A stretch of 64,000 nt of DNA from Alphaproteobacteria bacterium (GCA_964291285.2 OZ219787.1:1696001-1760000); one strand, 5' to 3'. Counted from the stretch's first letter, positions 24,400-32,977 are shown. Numbers and translations are program-made. Notes: generated by a model from the sequence alone, not told the origin.

Positions 24400-25178
24400 G
24401 TCGTGAGGCTCCTCTGCGCCTGTAACCGGGCGGCGAAATCGAATATCGCGTCGGCCACCCGCTCCGGCGCCTCGATGGGGGCGCCGTGGGCGAGGCCGTC
24501 CAGCACCAGGGCCCGGGCATCGGGAATGGCCTGCGCAAGCGCGCGGCTCATGGCGGGGGTGGAATTGATGTCATGCTCGGCTGTCATGGCGAGGGTGGGG
24601 CAGGCGATGCGGGCGGCCTCGCGGGCGAGTTCGGCGTCGGCCGTCGCGAATACCCGGTAGGCGGCGAGATACGCCGCCGGATCGTTGGCCAGCAGGCGGC
24701 GGCGGACCGGTTCGACAAGCGCGGGCGAGGCCTTCCGGAACTCTTCCGTGAACCAGCGTTTGATGGCTGAGTCGGCCATGCCCGCGGGGCCGTTGCGCTC
24801 CACCGCAGCGAGGCGCTGCAATATCGCAGCGCGCTGGCCTTCGTCGCGGTCGAACACCGCATTCATCAGCACGAGTCCCCGCAGCGCGGCCGGCCTGTCC
24901 AGCGCAAAGCGCTGGGCGACCATCGCGCCCATCGAAAAGCCGACGATGACCGGCAGACCGTCGAGTCCGTCCACGATGTCCGCCAGAGCGTCGGCAAAGG
25001 TTGCCAGCGTCACTTCGCCATCCGGCGTCCCCGCCTCGCCGTGGCAGGGCATGTCGAAGGCGATGCAGCAGAGCCTGCCGGCGAGGCAGCGCGAAACCCC
25101 GTCCCACATCCGCCGGTCCAGTCCGACCCCGTGAACAAGGACGGCGGTCGGCATCCTGCCGCTCGCAGACTCGCTCAT
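24390..25178 (-). CDS. alpha/beta hydrolase (PcaD-like)
   Basis: LVHGVGLD, GFSMG nucleophile elbow, C-terminal His in LAHGAPIE. Confidence 0.85.
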   Translation of the reverse strand: MSESASGRMPTAVLVHGVGLDRRMWDGVSRCLAGRLCCIAFDMPCHGEAGTPDGEVTLATFADALADIVDGLDGLPVIVGFSMGAMVAQRFALDRPAALRGLVLMNAVFDRDEGQRAAILQRLAAVERNGPAGMADSAIKRWFTEEFRKASPALVEPVRRRLLANDPAAYLAAYRVFATADAELAREAARIACPTLAMTAEHDINSTPAMSRALAQAIPDARALVLDGLAHGAPIEAPERVADAIFDFAARLQAQRSLTTWK

Positions 25179-26212
25179 GCGAAGGCGGGCACCACTTCGT
25201 CGATAAAGAGGCGGAGCGACTCCTGCTTCTCGCTGAACGGCATGCCGTTGTCGATCCACAGGCTGTACTGGTCGAACCCCATCGCCTCGTAGCTCCTGAG
25301 CCGGGCAATCACCTCCTCCGGCGTGCCGACGACATTGTTGGCGCGCATCTTGTCCGGCGAGAACATGTCGAGCTTCGCCATCTCCTCTTCCGTCAGCGGC
25401 TGGATCATGCCCTGGTCGATGGGCCGCTCGTTGCGGAACCAGGCGCCGAAATGGCAGTAGAACCGGCTGAGCGCCCGCGCTCCTGCCTCTACCGCTTCCT
25501 CGTCGGCCGCGACATGGGTGTGGCGCAGCAGCATGATCCGCGGCCGCGGCACTTCCGGGTGGGCGGCGCAGGCATCCTCGAAGCGCTGCATCAGCCGCTC
25601 CACCTCGTCGTCGCCCTGCCAGAGCGGCGTCACCTGCACATTGCACCGCTCGGCGACGGCGAATTTGTGGCTGTCGGGGTCCCGGGCGGCAATCCAGAGG
25701 GGCGGATGCGGGCTCTGGACGGGTTTCGGGGAAGAGGTGGTCTTCGGGAACTGCCAGCGTTCGCCGTCATGCGCATAGTCGCCCTGCCAGAGCTTCTTCA
25801 CCGCCGGCACCGTCTCGCGCAGCGCCGCGCCCGCCGAGGCGGCGTCCAGGCCGGGCGACAGCCGCTCATATTCGAAGCTGTAGGCGCCGCGCGCGATCCC
25901 GAGTTCCAGCCGCCCGCCCGTCACGATATCGGCCAGCGCCGCCTCGCCCGCGAGCTTTATCGGGTGCCAGAAGGGCGCCACGATGGCGCCGGTGCCGAGG
26001 CGGACATGCTTCGTCCTGTTGGCGATATCGGCGAGCGTGATGAACGGGTTCGGCGTGATGGTGAAGTCCATGCCGTGGTGCTCGCCCGTCCAGATAGCCT
26101 CGAAGCCGCCCTCGTCGGCCATCCGGCAGAGCTCCAGGGACTCCCGGTAGAGCTCGGCATGGTCGCGGTCCGGGGTCAGCCGTTCCATGTGGACGAACAG
26201 GGAAAACTGCAT
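25175..26212 (-). CDS. luciferase-like (LLM) flavin-dependent oxidoreductase
   Basis: WTGEHHG, WHPIKLAGEAA, GRLELGIARG, PKPVQSPHPPLW. Confidence 0.9.
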   Translation of the reverse strand: MQFSLFVHMERLTPDRDHAELYRESLELCRMADEGGFEAIWTGEHHGMDFTITPNPFITLADIANRTKHVRLGTGAIVAPFWHPIKLAGEAALADIVTGGRLELGIARGAYSFEYERLSPGLDAASAGAALRETVPAVKKLWQGDYAHDGERWQFPKTTSSPKPVQSPHPPLWIAARDPDSHKFAVAERCNVQVTPLWQGDDEVERLMQRFEDACAAHPEVPRPRIMLLRHTHVAADEEAVEAGARALSRFYCHFGAWFRNERPIDQGMIQPLTEEEMAKLDMFSPDKMRANNVVGTPEEVIARLRSYEAMGFDQYSLWIDNGMPFSEKQESLRLFIDEVVPAFA

Positions 26213-26319
26213 TGTCCGACTCCCAGAACGCAACCGGCAGAGGGGCAGATGCCTTAATAGCACGAGAGGACGGTTTATCGCCGCGCCAAATCCCGGCTCC
26301 CCTGCGGTTGGCAGCCTGT

Positions 26320-26454
26320 TCGTTCCCTCCGGACGGGGACGCCATCGCGGCCTGCGAGGACGCCGGCATCGACCGCGTGCTGCTGGAGCTCCCGGACGGC
26401 ACCCGCGACGAGACGCTCAAACTGCTGGACGACTACGCCCCGCTGCTCGCCTGA
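26320..26454 (+). pseudogene. probable C-terminal remnant of an LLM-class oxidoreductase
   Basis: PPDGDAIAACEDAGIDRVLLELPDGTRDETLKLLDDYAPLLA* with host-like codon use but no upstream coding part. Confidence 0.5.
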
Positions 26455-26876
26455 CCGCACTATGGACGCAACAACCGTCGTTTGGTTGGTGGGTGCCCGT
26501 CACGGCAAACGATGAGGTCACCGCGAGGGCGCTCGCCGCTTGGTGGAACAGCACACCGGCCCGCGTGATGCTGCTCAATCGTCGAGGCCGGAAATTGACC
26601 TATCCTGTTTGGCAACTGGCGCACCTGCGCGAAATCCGCATTCCGAAGCCGGACAATCCGGCATGGGGTGCGTTGAAAGATGCCTTCGACGCCACCTGCG
26701 ACGATGAGTTGCTGCCCATGAAGCAGGCGGAGGAATGCGCAGTGCGGACCGTAATCGACGAGGCGGCGGCACTGGCGCTCGGCCTGTCCCCGGACGCGCT
26801 GGCGGACTGGCGCCGCCGGCTCGCGGTGGAGCCGACGGTAAGCAACAGGCCCGCGCCCGGCCCGGACGCGGCCTGA
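26455..26876 (+). pseudogene. gene fragment resembling the C-terminal target-recognition region of a restriction-modification enzyme
   Basis: ALAAWWNSTPARVMLL..LTYPVW..LREIRIPKP..RTVIDEAAALALG..WRRRLAVEP pattern; no start; abuts preceding fragment; lower GC. Confidence 0.5.
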
Positions 26877-26940
26877 GCGCGGCTTCCTCCGCACGGTTGC
26901 GCCGGGCCCCGACCGGGCCGTCAGGGCCCACCGAAGACGG

Positions 26941-27262
26941 ATGATAGAATTTTGTTCGATTATTTTTTGAAATAATTCTCGAAAAATGCTTGCATCTCGG
27001 AACATCAGTGCTAATATGGGGCAACGGAAGCGGCATCTGCAGGGCCGCTTCGCGCCGGCGCGAAAAAAATCCAACGGAACGGACGGGAGACGTGCGCCCT
27101 GATTTCGGGGTCGCGCGCGCGGGCAATCAGGCGCGCGAACCGCGCCGGCGCCGACGCCCGCCCGCACGCGCCCGTGATACGCGCGAAAAAGGGTCCCGCT
27201 TGCCGGGCAGGCCGGCGGCGGGGCGAACGGAACGGAGCGAAGGGAACGCGATGGAGGAACGG
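26941..27262 (+). repeat. dispersed structured repeat 'end A', copy 1
   Basis: Shares ordered blocks with 52280-52585 (minus): GGAAGCGGCATC-N4-GGGCCGCTTCG, TTCGCGCCGGCGCGAA, ACGGGAGACGTGCGCCCT, GCAATCAGGCGYGCGAACCGCGCCG, GATACGCGCGAA-N3-GGGTCCCG, CGGAGCGAA, GATGGARG. Confidence 0.85.
26965..27017 (+). promoter_or_regulatory. sigma70-like promoter with upstream palindromic box (copy 1)
   Basis: TTTTGAA-N4-TTCTCGA (26965-26982), 7 nt, TTGCAT (26990-26995), 16 nt, TGn-TAATAT (27012-27017). Confidence 0.55.
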
Positions 27263-27333
27263 CATGCGGGATATGTTAGCGACGGTTACAGAGCGCGCCT
27301 ATTCGCTGACATTTTTCGGCCGGTTGCGGTTTT

Positions 27334-28206
27334 TCAGTTGATCTGTTGGTCATCGGTTTCGATTGGTTCGCCGGCTCGGTCGCGGATGAGCATGTCGTTC
27401 CAGTCCCGGTTGTCGAGTGCGGGTCGCAGCCGGACGATTCTGGTGTCGTTGCGGGCGAGGCGCCTTGCGGCGTGATCGCCGTTTGTGGTGGCGTCGTATG
27501 CACAGAAGATGAGGCGCGGGTTCCATGCCTCGATCCATTTGGGGACTTTGGTGGCGACGGCGCCGGTGGAGACGGTGGCGCATTCGGTGCGTTTTACCGG
27601 GCCGAGGTGGAGGGAGAGGATGGAGAGTGCGTCGAGGGCGTTGCCGGCCAGGATGACGGCGTGTGGCCATTCGGTCTCCCAGGACATCCAGAAGCCGCCG
27701 CCCGCGGTCGTTTTGCGGTCAGCGGTGACGGTTTCGATGCCGGTAGCCTCGCCGGCGGCGTTTCGGCGGACGAACACGGGGTTGCCGTGAGGGTCGGCAT
27801 GGACCAGGCCGAGGTCGCGGCACAGGGTGACGAGCGCGTCCGCGAGGCCGCGCCGCTCGACGAGGTATCGCCGGAGGTTGGGCCAGCGGGGGTCCTTGGC
27901 CGGCGCCTGCCGGCGGCCGCCTGGGGGCATTGAGAGGTCGGACAGTTCGGCGAGGAAGTCGATGGCGTCCGGCGGGGTGCATCCGAGCGCATGGACCGCC
28001 AGTTCGATAGCCCCGGCTCCCTCCTCTGCGCGCAGATGGTCGTAGAACATGAAGCGGTTGATGGAGAGGACCGATCCTGGCCGTCTCCAGCGCACGGCAT
28101 TGTCGGGATCGCTGCGGTAGCCGAGGGCTCGGGCGACGGGTTCGAGGGGATAGCCCCGCAGGCTCTCGGCCCGCACCCGCCGCTCGCGGGGGCGGGAGGG
28201 ATGCAT
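27334..28206 (-). CDS. DUF3991/Toprim primase-like protein with degenerate catalytic residues
   Basis: GAGAIELAVH, YLVERRGL, VILAGNALDALS, IFCAYDATTNGD, DWNDML. Confidence 0.7.
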   Translation of the reverse strand: MHPSRPRERRVRAESLRGYPLEPVARALGYRSDPDNAVRWRRPGSVLSINRFMFYDHLRAEEGAGAIELAVHALGCTPPDAIDFLAELSDLSMPPGGRRQAPAKDPRWPNLRRYLVERRGLADALVTLCRDLGLVHADPHGNPVFVRRNAAGEATGIETVTADRKTTAGGGFWMSWETEWPHAVILAGNALDALSILSLHLGPVKRTECATVSTGAVATKVPKWIEAWNPRLIFCAYDATTNGDHAARRLARNDTRIVRLRPALDNRDWNDMLIRDRAGEPIETDDQQIN

Positions 28207-28208
28207 GG

Positions 28209-29003
28209 CTATGGCGACGGGACCGGGTTCGCCTTTCCAGTGCTTTGCCCGGCTTTCGGTCCGCGCCGGCGGCGGCGTTCGGCGCTGCGCTGCTTCTGAC
28301 GTTCCTCGGCTTCCTTGCGGCGCCAGGAGTCGCCGTCGATGGCGACGATCTCGGCGTTGTGGACGAGCCGGTCGACGAGGGCGACCAGGCAGGCGGCGTT
28401 TGGGAAGGCCTCGCTCCACTCGGCGAAGGGGCGGTTCGTGGTGATTATGGTTGAGTTCTGCTGGCTGCGGCTTGAGACGATGTTGAACAGCAGGTCGGCG
28501 TGGCGGTTGGAGTAGGAGAGATATCCGACTTCGTCGATGACCAGCAGGTGCTGTCGGGCGTAGAAGCGCAGCCTGCGCTGGAGCAGGGTGTCGGAGTCGA
28601 TGGCGGCGAGTTCGCCGAGCAGGCTGGCGGCGGTTGCGAAGCGCACGATGTGGCCTTCGAGGACGGCGCGGTGGGCGATATTGGCGGCGATGGTGGACTT
28701 TCCGACGCCGTTGGGTCCGACCAGTACGAGGTTTGCGGCCTCCTTGAGGAAGTCGAGGGTCATGAGGTCCTCGACGGCCATGCGGTCGCAGCGCCTTGGC
28801 CAGTCCCAGTCGAAGTCTGCGAGCGGCTTGAACTGTCCGAGGCGGGCGTCGGCGAGGCGGCGTTTGAGGCTTCGGGCGCGCTTCTCATCTTCTTCCCACG
28901 CGATCAGGGAGGCGAGCCAGTCGCGCTCCGCGACTTCGCCCCAATGGGCGAGGAGGCCGTGCAGGCCCAGCGCGCGGGCGCGGTTCATGAGGGTGTCGGT
29001 CAT
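28209..29003 (-). CDS. istB: IS21 helper ATPase IstB
   Basis: GPNGVGKS Walker A, LLVIDEVGY, IITTNRPFAEW, VDRLVHNA. Confidence 0.95.
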   Translation of the reverse strand: MTDTLMNRARALGLHGLLAHWGEVAERDWLASLIAWEEDEKRARSLKRRLADARLGQFKPLADFDWDWPRRCDRMAVEDLMTLDFLKEAANLVLVGPNGVGKSTIAANIAHRAVLEGHIVRFATAASLLGELAAIDSDTLLQRRLRFYARQHLLVIDEVGYLSYSNRHADLLFNIVSSRSQQNSTIITTNRPFAEWSEAFPNAACLVALVDRLVHNAEIVAIDGDSWRRKEAEERQKQRSAERRRRRGPKAGQSTGKANPVPSP

Positions 29004-30505
29004 TCTTCGCTGTCCTTTTCATGGTAGCCGGCCAGCCCGTCGTATCCGCCGAGATCGTGATCGCGCACGGCGATGTCGCGCACGCGCGGGTCCCTGGGCA
29101 GGTCGATGGGGATCGGCGGCGGCCTGTCCTGCAGTTCGCGCCGCCGTGTGAGGCTGAGGCGCACGGCATTGGGATGGGGGACGCCGCGTTCGAGGGCCTC
29201 GTCGATGGCGGCTTCGAGCTCGGCGGCGCCGTATTGGTCGAGCAGGCGCAGCAGGGCGGCGACGGTGGCGCCGATATAAGCGCCGCGGGGGGCGGCCTCG
29301 GCGATCAGGCGCTCGCTGTTGGGCGCGGCCTGGAGCAGCCGGCTCTGCCCGCGCAGGCTGCGGGCGTGACGCTTGCGCCTGACCAGCTCCTCAATGTGTT
29401 CGGGGTTCTCGATGCGGGCCGCCTTGTCGAAGCTGCGCGGATGGCGGGCGATGACCTCCATGCCGTCGAGGATGCGCACCTCTTCCAGCGTCGCGGCCAC
29501 GGTGAGGGTGCGCCGGACATGGGTATGCGGGACGCTGTAGTCATTGAGGTCGAACCTGGCATAGGGGGTCTTGGCGATCCTGACCTCGACCCTCTCGTCG
29601 ACGGGGGGACGGTCGTCGGGCAGCGCCATCAGGGAGCCGCGCTCGCGCTCGAAGGCCTCGCTCACGGTGAGGGAGCGGTCGTCCGGCCAGGGGCGGTCGG
29701 CGGCGACGCCCTCGCACCACTCCCGGGCCTGGGCGTTGAGATCGTCGAGGTCACGCCAGGCGCGGGCGGCGAAGAAGCTGTCGCGCACATAGCGTATGGC
29801 CCGCTCGACGCGGCCCTTCTCGTTGCCTCGGGCGACCGCGACCGGCTTCGGCAGGAAGCGGTAGGCGCCTGCGAAGTCGAGAAGCCGGGGATTGAAGCGG
29901 ATGGCGTCGCCGCGCCGCTCCAGCACGACGCTCTTCAGATTGTCGTACCAGAGCTCGCGGGGCACGCCCTGCCAAGCCTCGAAGGCCTCGACATGGCCGC
30001 GCAGGAAGTTGTCCATCCCGGCGTTGAGGTAGAAGCGCAGGAAGAGGCGGCGCGAGTGGCCGAGCACCATCACGAAGGCCATCAGCGGGCGCTCCGCACG
30101 CCCGATCCTCACCTTGCCGAAGTGGGCCCAGTCGACCTGGGCCTGCTCGCCGGGCAGGGCCTTGAGGCGCAGATAGGCCTCGGCCACCGGCCGCGGACGC
30201 TCGGGCGCGATCATGCGCCGGAAGTGGCTCTCGCACCCCCGGTAACCGCGCTCGACCGCCATCCGGTAGAGCCGGCTGGAGGGCAACTTCGGCCAGACCG
30301 CCAGGGTCTGGCGGACGAAGGGCAGGAACGGATCGATCATCGAAGATCTGCGCCGCTTCTCAGGCGTGGGCGCCCCGGCGGCCGCCACCGCGCGCTCGAC
30401 CGTGCCGTGGTGGACGCCGAGCTGGCGCGCGATCGTGCCGATCCGCCACTTCTCGGCAAAATACAGCCGCAGGATCTCGGCCCGGGTCTGCTGGTCGATC
30501 GCCAT
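29000..30505 (-). CDS. istA: IS21 transposase IstA
   Basis: PGEQAQVDWAHFG, YDNLKS, NEKGRVER, YSVP. Confidence 0.95.
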   Translation of the reverse strand: MAIDQQTRAEILRLYFAEKWRIGTIARQLGVHHGTVERAVAAAGAPTPEKRRRSSMIDPFLPFVRQTLAVWPKLPSSRLYRMAVERGYRGCESHFRRMIAPERPRPVAEAYLRLKALPGEQAQVDWAHFGKVRIGRAERPLMAFVMVLGHSRRLFLRFYLNAGMDNFLRGHVEAFEAWQGVPRELWYDNLKSVVLERRGDAIRFNPRLLDFAGAYRFLPKPVAVARGNEKGRVERAIRYVRDSFFAARAWRDLDDLNAQAREWCEGVAADRPWPDDRSLTVSEAFERERGSLMALPDDRPPVDERVEVRIAKTPYARFDLNDYSVPHTHVRRTLTVAATLEEVRILDGMEVIARHPRSFDKAARIENPEHIEELVRRKRHARSLRGQSRLLQAAPNSERLIAEAAPRGAYIGATVAALLRLLDQYGAAELEAAIDEALERGVPHPNAVRLSLTRRRELQDRPPPIPIDLPRDPRVRDIAVRDHDLGGYDGLAGYHEKDSEE

Positions 30506-30506
30506 C

Positions 30507-30941
30507 TCACTCCCTTCGCGCCGGGCGCAGGCCCGGATAGACCGCCCGGGCGCAGAACCGCCCGCAGTGATCGCAGCGGAACACTCCGGCGGGACGGTCG
30601 GGTCCGAAGGGCCTCCTTCCCGAGCGCCCCGCCGGCATGCCCGCCACAACAGGACGGCGCGGTGAACGGGTCAAAGGGTGATGCGTCACTTTCTGCGCAC
30701 GGCGCCCCTCCTCAGGCGCACGGACGCGACGGCGCTCGCGGTAGCGCCGCTGGCGTTCGGCATGCTTGTGACGGCCCCGCCGGCTGTTCTGGTAGCGACG
30801 CCCGGCAAGGCGCAGCGAGCGCCGCCGCGCCCGGCCGCTGCACGGACGCGAGCAGTAGATGTTGCCGTGGTCGCACCGCCGGCACAGCACAACCTGGCGA
30901 TGGCACGAAGCGCAGGTGAACAGGCGGGCGGCGTTCCTCAT
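30507..30941 (-). CDS. Cys-rich, basic hypothetical protein inside the IS21 element
   Basis: CASC-x6-CRRC-x6-CSRPC, Arg-rich helix, C-terminal CDHC; stop 1 nt from the istA start. Confidence 0.7.
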   Translation of the reverse strand: MRNAARLFTCASCHRQVVLCRRCDHGNIYCSRPCSGRARRRSLRLAGRRYQNSRRGRHKHAERQRRYRERRRVRAPEEGRRAQKVTHHPLTRSPRRPVVAGMPAGRSGRRPFGPDRPAGVFRCDHCGRFCARAVYPGLRPARRE

Positions 30942-31346
30942 CGCAAAGACCGATGAGAACGGGGTGGACCCACGCCCGAACGCCTACGATACTGCGCATA
31001 CGGGCCGTGCCTTGCATGGCTCGGGGGGTGCGGCGCCGGTCGTTGCCACCTAGCAAACGGGGCCGGCGCCGCATCGTTCTCAGCAGCCCCAGTCTACCCC
31101 CTCGCGCAGCCCGGCGACCCCCGCCGACAGCGCCAGGACACCCTCCCCTCGGCAGGCGAAAATATCAACGCGACGGGGGCCGGCGACTCCAGTCGGGCTA
31201 CGCCCTCCTTCCGTCCCAGGCCCCCGTCACAAACACCGCCGCACCACAATCACTGCGATCATCACGCCCCGCAAAAACGCGCAACGCCAGCAAATAAGCG
31301 CCTTTTACGACCGTCACCTACAGGATACGGACGGACACGCGAAATC

Positions 31347-31574
31347 GCCTCCCCCGCTCGCGGGGGAGGCCGGGAGAGGGCCGGCGGACAGGATAGCCTC
31401 TCATCCCGCCCCTCAACCGTCACCCCGGCCCCCGAGCCAGGGTCCAGCCTCGGTTCTCGCGGCGGCCCCGGATCGGAGTCCAGGGCAGGCCCCGGCGGTC
31501 GAACCCGCCCGCCACCGGCTGCGGCTGCACGGAGAGTCAGGGTTGGACCCCGGCTCGGGGGCCGGGATGACGGT
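31347..31574. repeat. cluster of REP-like palindromic repeats
   Basis: gcctcccccgc-tc-gcgggggaggc (31347-31370); 31-bp near-perfect inverted arms 31416-31446 / 31544-31574 (accgtcaccccggcccccgagccagggtcca). Confidence 0.75.
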
Positions 31575-31672
31575 GGGGGAGCAGGCGTGGCCGGGGTGGC
31601 GGAGCGGGCGCAGGCAGGGGCCGGGGCGGCGAGAGAGCCTGCCCCGAGCGTGCCGAAGGGGGTGCGGCGGAC

Positions 31673-31731
31673 CATGACAGAACATGACATTTCCGGAGGG
31701 CCTCATGACAAAACATGACATTTCATGACAT
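31673..31731 (+). repeat. phased CATGACA repeats 'end B', copy 1
   Basis: CATGACA at 31673, 31683, 31704, 31714, 31724. Confidence 0.9.
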
Positions 31732-31765
31732 ATCGCGAGGGGGGTATCCGTCATGGACCGGACAG

Positions 31766-32977
31766 ATGGGTGACGACGCCGGCAAGCCGCCGCTCCGCCT
31801 CTCCAACCGGGCGGCGCGCAGGCTGTTCCTGGACCGGCACGGGCTCGGGCGCCCGCCGCCGGGGGAGGACCTCGGCGGGCTGATCGGGCGGCTCGGCTTC
31901 GTACAGGTGGACAGCATCGCCACGGTCGAGCGCGCCCACCACATGATCCTCGCCTCCCGGCGCCGGAGCTACCGCCCCCGCCAGCTTGCACGCCTGCTGG
32001 AAAAGCGGCGGACCCTGTTCGAGCACTGGACGCACGACGCCTCGGTCATTCCGATGGCCTTCTATCCCTACTGGCGGCTGCGCTTCCGCCGCGACGCCGA
32101 ACGGTTGCGGGCGCGCTGGCGAAGCTGGCGGCGCGCGGGGTTCGAGGAGCGGTTCGACGACGTGCTGGAGCGGATCCGGGAGCACGGGCCCGTCATGGCG
32201 CGCGAGTTCGAAGGCGGCCGGCGGCGCACGGAGGCCGGCTGGTGGGACTGGCACCCCTCCAAGACGGCGCTGGAGTTCCTCTGGCGCACGGGCGCGCTGG
32301 CGATAACCCGGCGGGAGGGTTTCCAGAAGGTCTTCGACCTTGCCGAGCGGGTGGTGCCCGGGCCGGTTCTGGACATCGCGCCGGGCGAGGCGGAAACCCT
32401 CGACTGGGCGTGCGCGGGCGCCCTCGACCGGCTGGGATTCGCCACGCCGCGGGAAATCGCCTCGTTCTGGGATACGGCCTCGCTGGTGGAGGCGCGGGCA
32501 TGGTGCGCTGCCCAGGAGGCCGGCGCGCTGGTCGAGGTGGAGGTAGAGGGCGCCGGGCCCGGCCGGACCCGCCGGCTGCTCGCCCGGCCGGACATAGGCG
32601 AGCAGGCGGAACGCGCCGCCGAGCCGCCGGGCGGCGTGCGCGTGCTCAGCCCCTTCGACCCGCTGCTGCGCGACCGCAGGCGGGCGGAGTGGCTGTTCGG
32701 CTTCCGCTACCGCATCGAAATCTTCGTGCCGGAGGAAAAGCGCGAATACGGCTACTACGTCTTCCCGCTGCTGGAGGGCGACCGGCTGATCGGGCGCATC
32801 GACATGCGGCGCAGCGGCGGCCGGCTCCGCGTGCGCGCGCTCTGGCCGGAGCGGGGCGTGCGCCTCGGCAGGGGGCGGCTGGAGCGCATCGGGCGCGAAC
32901 TGGACCGCATCGCCCGCTTCTGCGGCTCGGACGGGCCGGTCTTCGAAAACGGCTGGATCAGGGAGGCGCGGACATAG
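31766..32977 (+). CDS. YcaQ/AlkZ-family crosslink-repair DNA glycosylase (winged helix)
   Basis: FVQVDSI (QxD), FEHWTHDAS, LSPFDPL, YRIEIFVP..REYGYY. Confidence 0.88.
   Translation: MGDDAGKPPLRLSNRAARRLFLDRHGLGRPPPGEDLGGLIGRLGFVQVDSIATVERAHHMILASRRRSYRPRQLARLLEKRRTLFEHWTHDASVIPMAFYPYWRLRFRRDAERLRARWRSWRRAGFEERFDDVLERIREHGPVMAREFEGGRRRTEAGWWDWHPSKTALEFLWRTGALAITRREGFQKVFDLAERVVPGPVLDIAPGEAETLDWACAGALDRLGFATPREIASFWDTASLVEARAWCAAQEAGALVEVEVEGAGPGRTRRLLARPDIGEQAERAAEPPGGVRVLSPFDPLLRDRRRAEWLFGFRYRIEIFVPEEKREYGYYVFPLLEGDRLIGRIDMRRSGGRLRVRALWPERGVRLGRGRLERIGRELDRIARFCGSDGPVFENGWIREART

Larger units (their letters stand above)
27274..31322 (-). mobile_element. IS21-family transposon with two extra genes (4049 bp)
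   Basis: TG...CA ends with imperfect IRs (tgttagcgacggtt..cttattcgctg vs tgtaggtgacggtc..cttatttgctg); 5-bp duplication GGATA at 27269-27273 and 31323-31327. Confidence 0.92.

Noticed and set aside
27011-27265. Shared peptide RFARLIARAR..RAHVSR in ORFs at 27011-27265 and 51477-52532
   Set aside because: A by-product of the nucleotide repeat; indels between the copies break the frame outside this block.
31673-31731. CATGACA repeats as a CRISPR array or iteron origin
   Set aside because: Units are 7 bp with 3-bp spacers; no cas or rep gene in the window.
26936-31752. GACGGAT / ATCCGTC as terminal inverted repeats of the bipartite element
   Set aside because: Only 7 bp and absent from copy 2; chance level.
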